The notes beneath the pieces were generated by a model. The model saw only the letters and a program-made list of their open reading frames with translations, was not told the DNA's origin and searched no databases. Below are positions 61,695 through 64,000 of a stretch of 64,000 nucleotides of DNA, piece after piece; within the stretch, counting starts at the first letter, position 1, and every line of letters starts with the position of its first letter. Made by a program: the position numbers and the translations under genes. Source of the DNA: Spirochaetia bacterium (GTDB taxonomy: Bacteria > Spirochaetota > Spirochaetia > SZUA-6 > Bin103); contig CBDBDQ010000005.1 in the NCBI GenBank assembly GCA_965203905.1, positions 1,568,001 through 1,632,000 on the forward strand, in the 5' to 3' direction.

Positions 61695-62908
61695 GCAAGC
61701 TGTGGCTGGTTGCCCGCAAGGAGCTGCACACCATGGTCCGGACCACCGGCTACCGGATCGCGACCGTGGCCGGGCCGTTCCTCTTCGTTGCGTTGCTCTT
61801 CGTTCCGGTAGCGTTGGGGCGCCTGATCGACGCGGCTTCCGGGGGTCAGACAGTGGCGCTGGTGGCGGCAGGACCGCTGCTGCCGGCGATCCGCGCTGAA
61901 CTTGCGCCCCACGGAATCTCCGTGGAGGGGGCGGCGGAGGAGTCTGTACTGGCGCAACGCGTGCGCGCCGGCGACCTGGATGGATACGTGGTGTTTCCAC
62001 CGGACGCACTTGCCGCGGAACAGCTCCGGTACGTCATCGGCGAGACCGTCTACATCGCCCGGACTACGCTGATAGCCGACGTGGTCGGCCGCGCAGTGGT
62101 GCAGCGAAGGCTGGAGTTGGAGGGGATGGACCCCGTTCGCGTGACCACCCTGACGCGGCTCCCGCGGCTGCGGAAGTTGGTGCTGGACGAGGAGGGCGAG
62201 TCAGAGCGGGACCTTGTGGCAGCTTTCGTGATGCTGACGGCCTTCATCGCCATGCTCTACTCCATGTGGACCATATACGGCCACGCGCTCGGCGTGTCGG
62301 TGCTGACCGAGAAGACCGGCAAGACCGCCGAGATCATGCTGTCGTCGCTGCCACCCTTCGCTCTGCTCGCCGGCAAGTTGTTGGGCAAGGTGCTCGCGGG
62401 CGTGTTGCAGTGCCTGGCGTGGCTGGTGATCAGCTTGCCGGTGGTCGCAACGCTCGGGCCGCATCTGGATCTGTCGGTGGTGCCGTTCCTGCAACCCGGC
62501 AACCTGCTGGCGCTGATGGGATTCTTCGGGCTGGGGTTCCTGTTGTACGCGGCCCCGTACGCGATCGCGGGAGCAGTCGCCGCCGACGAGGACAATTTCT
62601 CTATTCTCCTGTGGCCCGTGTCCGTCATTCAGATGGGGCAGTTCGTGCTGGCGCCGGCACTGCTCACCGGCCCCGACGGTCCGCTTGCGGTGGTCCTGTC
62701 GCTGATCCCGTTTACCGCCCCGACATTCATGCTCTTGCGGGTGGTTGTGGGCAATCCTGGAGCCGTCGAGGTGGCGGTGGCGGTAACCGGCACGCTGTTG
62801 CTCACGGTGGCCGGAGTCTGGGCCGCGGCCAAGGTGTTTCGACTGGGCATCCTGCTCACCGGCAAGAAGGGGACCTTCGCCGAGATCGTCCGTCTGCTGC
62901 GAGCATAG
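61691..62908 (+). CDS. ABC-2 type permease (NatB/YhaP-like)
   Basis: ARKE, EKTGKTAEIMLSS, GKLLG, LSLIPFTAP; TM pattern. Confidence 0.88.
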   Translation: MSKLWLVARKELHTMVRTTGYRIATVAGPFLFVALLFVPVALGRLIDAASGGQTVALVAAGPLLPAIRAELAPHGISVEGAAEESVLAQRVRAGDLDGYVVFPPDALAAEQLRYVIGETVYIARTTLIADVVGRAVVQRRLELEGMDPVRVTTLTRLPRLRKLVLDEEGESERDLVAAFVMLTAFIAMLYSMWTIYGHALGVSVLTEKTGKTAEIMLSSLPPFALLAGKLLGKVLAGVLQCLAWLVISLPVVATLGPHLDLSVVPFLQPGNLLALMGFFGLGFLLYAAPYAIAGAVAADEDNFSILLWPVSVIQMGQFVLAPALLTGPDGPLAVVLSLIPFTAPTFMLLRVVVGNPGAVEVAVAVTGTLLLTVAGVWAAAKVFRLGILLTGKKGTFAEIVRLLRA

Positions 62909-62947
62909 CAGTAGGTCCGGGGTGAGGTGATTCGTTCTGCCAGAGAC

Positions 62948-63154
62948 AGGAGGCGGAGGAGGCGGAGGAGGCGGAGGAGGCGGAGGAGGCGGAGGAGGCG
63001 GAGGAGGCGGAGGAGGCGGAGGAGGCGGAGGAGGCGGAGGAGGCGGAGGAGGCGGAGGAGGCGGAGGAGGCGGAGGAGGCGGAGGAGGCGGAGGAGGCGG
63101 AGGAGGCGGAGGAGGCGGAGGAGGCGGAGGAGGCGGAGGAGGCGGAGGAGGCGG
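62948..63154. repeat. Perfect tandem repeat (AGGAGGCGG)x23
   Basis: 207 bp = 23 x 9 bp, no variant unit seen; intergenic. Confidence 0.97.
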
Positions 63155-63232
63155 TACACTGCCTTGACCGCTCCCCGAGCCCTTACGGACACTGGTCAGA
63201 CAAATGGTCATCTACGGCCCGGCGGAGGATGT

Positions 63233-63327
63233 ATGGGTCGAGCATGGCAGGTGCAGGAGGCCAAGGCGCGTTTCAGCGAGTTCGTCGGGGACTAGCCTCA
63301 CCGAAGGTCCGCAGGTCGTAGCCCGAG
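63233..63327 (+). pseudogene. Phd/YefM antitoxin remnant
   Basis: MGRAWQVQEAKARFSEFV(frameshift)SLTEGPQVV, then truncated; GGAGG SD. Confidence 0.8.
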
Positions 63328-63465
63328 ATGTATCTCCTGGACACGAACGTCGTATCAGAGTTGCGCCGACCACGTCCGAACCAGGCGGTCGTTCGTTGGG
63401 TCGGTGAGCAGCCCGCCGACCGACTGTTCCTGTCAGCGGGGCTGACCGTCGTTACCCGCAACGCG
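63328..63465 (+). pseudogene. PIN/VapC remnant with internal deletion
   Basis: MYLLDTNVVSELRR...LFLSA joined directly to GLTVVTRN. Confidence 0.8.
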
Positions 63466-63536
63466 CACGCGACTTCCGGCAAGCGTAAGGGTGTTTTCCC
63501 TGGACAGATGCACCGTGTTGACTCAGAATCTCCACG

Positions 63537-64000
63537 ATGGATGACATCCACGGCGGCATGCGCCCCGCTGAGGTCCCGGCATACACGACAACCGAGGCAG
63601 CGCGGATCATCAGACGACCGGCATCAACGGTACGGTCCTGGACGCGTGGGGCTCGCTACACGACTGGCGCTGGCAAGCAGTTCTGGCCACCGGTCGTGCC
63701 GGCGGAGCCGCCATACCTGTCGTTTCAGAATCTGGTGGAGCTGTACGTGCTCTCGTCGCTTCGCAGACTGCATTCCGTGCCGCTCAAGAACGTCCGGAGC
63801 GCGATCTCCTATCTGCGGGAGACCGAGCGAACTGACCATCCTCTCGCGGACTGTGATCTCCTCACTGACCGCTCGGACCTGTTTGTCGAGAGGACGGGCG
63901 AGTACCTCAATATCAGCCGAGCCGGCCAGCTCGAAATGAAGGCGCAACTGCTTCAGTGCATGAGGCAGGTCGACAGAACGGTAGGTGGACTCCCCTACAG
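63537..64000 (+). CDS. DUF433/VapB45-like antitoxin, N-terminal part (runs off the window)
   Basis: Own translation: MDDIHGGMRPAEVPAYTTTEAARIIRRPASTVRSW...LSFQNLVEL.VL..LR...VPL..VR.AI.YL...HPLA...LTD. Confidence 0.75.
   Translation, partial: MDDIHGGMRPAEVPAYTTTEAARIIRRPASTVRSWTRGARYTTGAGKQFWPPVVPAEPPYLSFQNLVELYVLSSLRRLHSVPLKNVRSAISYLRETERTDHPLADCDLLTDRSDLFVERTGEYLNISRAGQLEMKAQLLQCMRQVDRTVGGLPY

Noticed and set aside
62948-63154. CRISPR array
   Set aside because: No spacers and no cas genes; simple tandem repeat
62927-63295. Poly-Arg ORF (and poly-Pro / RLL ORFs on the minus strand)
   Set aside because: They are translations of the 9-bp repeat. The poly-Arg frame does run into the phd remnant, but phd has its own SD and ATG.

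Overview
High-GC bacterial chromosome segment. Era, ClpP, DksA, FtsK and the stand-alone DbpA-domain protein look spirochaete-type, so Spirochaetota is inferred. The core backbone is era, clpP, purC, dksA, infA, a MoxR/Bat operon, argJ, rmuC, trmB, ilvC, alr, rsmG, uppP, ftsK and tRNA-Ile(CAT), plus a sugar-acid catabolic cluster. Two things stand out. (1) A translationally coupled cysteate synthase and alpha-oxoamine synthase pair (1066-3713) looks like the first two steps of sulfonolipid (capnine) synthesis, a pathway known mainly from Bacteroidota. (2) At three separate loci (about 6.5-14.2 kb, 50.4-54.6 kb and 59.3-64 kb) accessory cargo (TA modules, nucleases, transporters) is bracketed by diverged, decaying copies of pieces of neighbouring genes. 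No integrase or transposase is recognisable, which suggests homology-anchored cassette capture. Also present: a low-GC ABC-ATPase/TOPRIM-like pair (defence candidate), a PIG-B-like glycosyltransferase, many TA remnants and a perfect (AGGAGGCGG)x23 tract. Several single-base frameshifts may be sequencing errors. All calls are by eye from motifs; no database searches were run.
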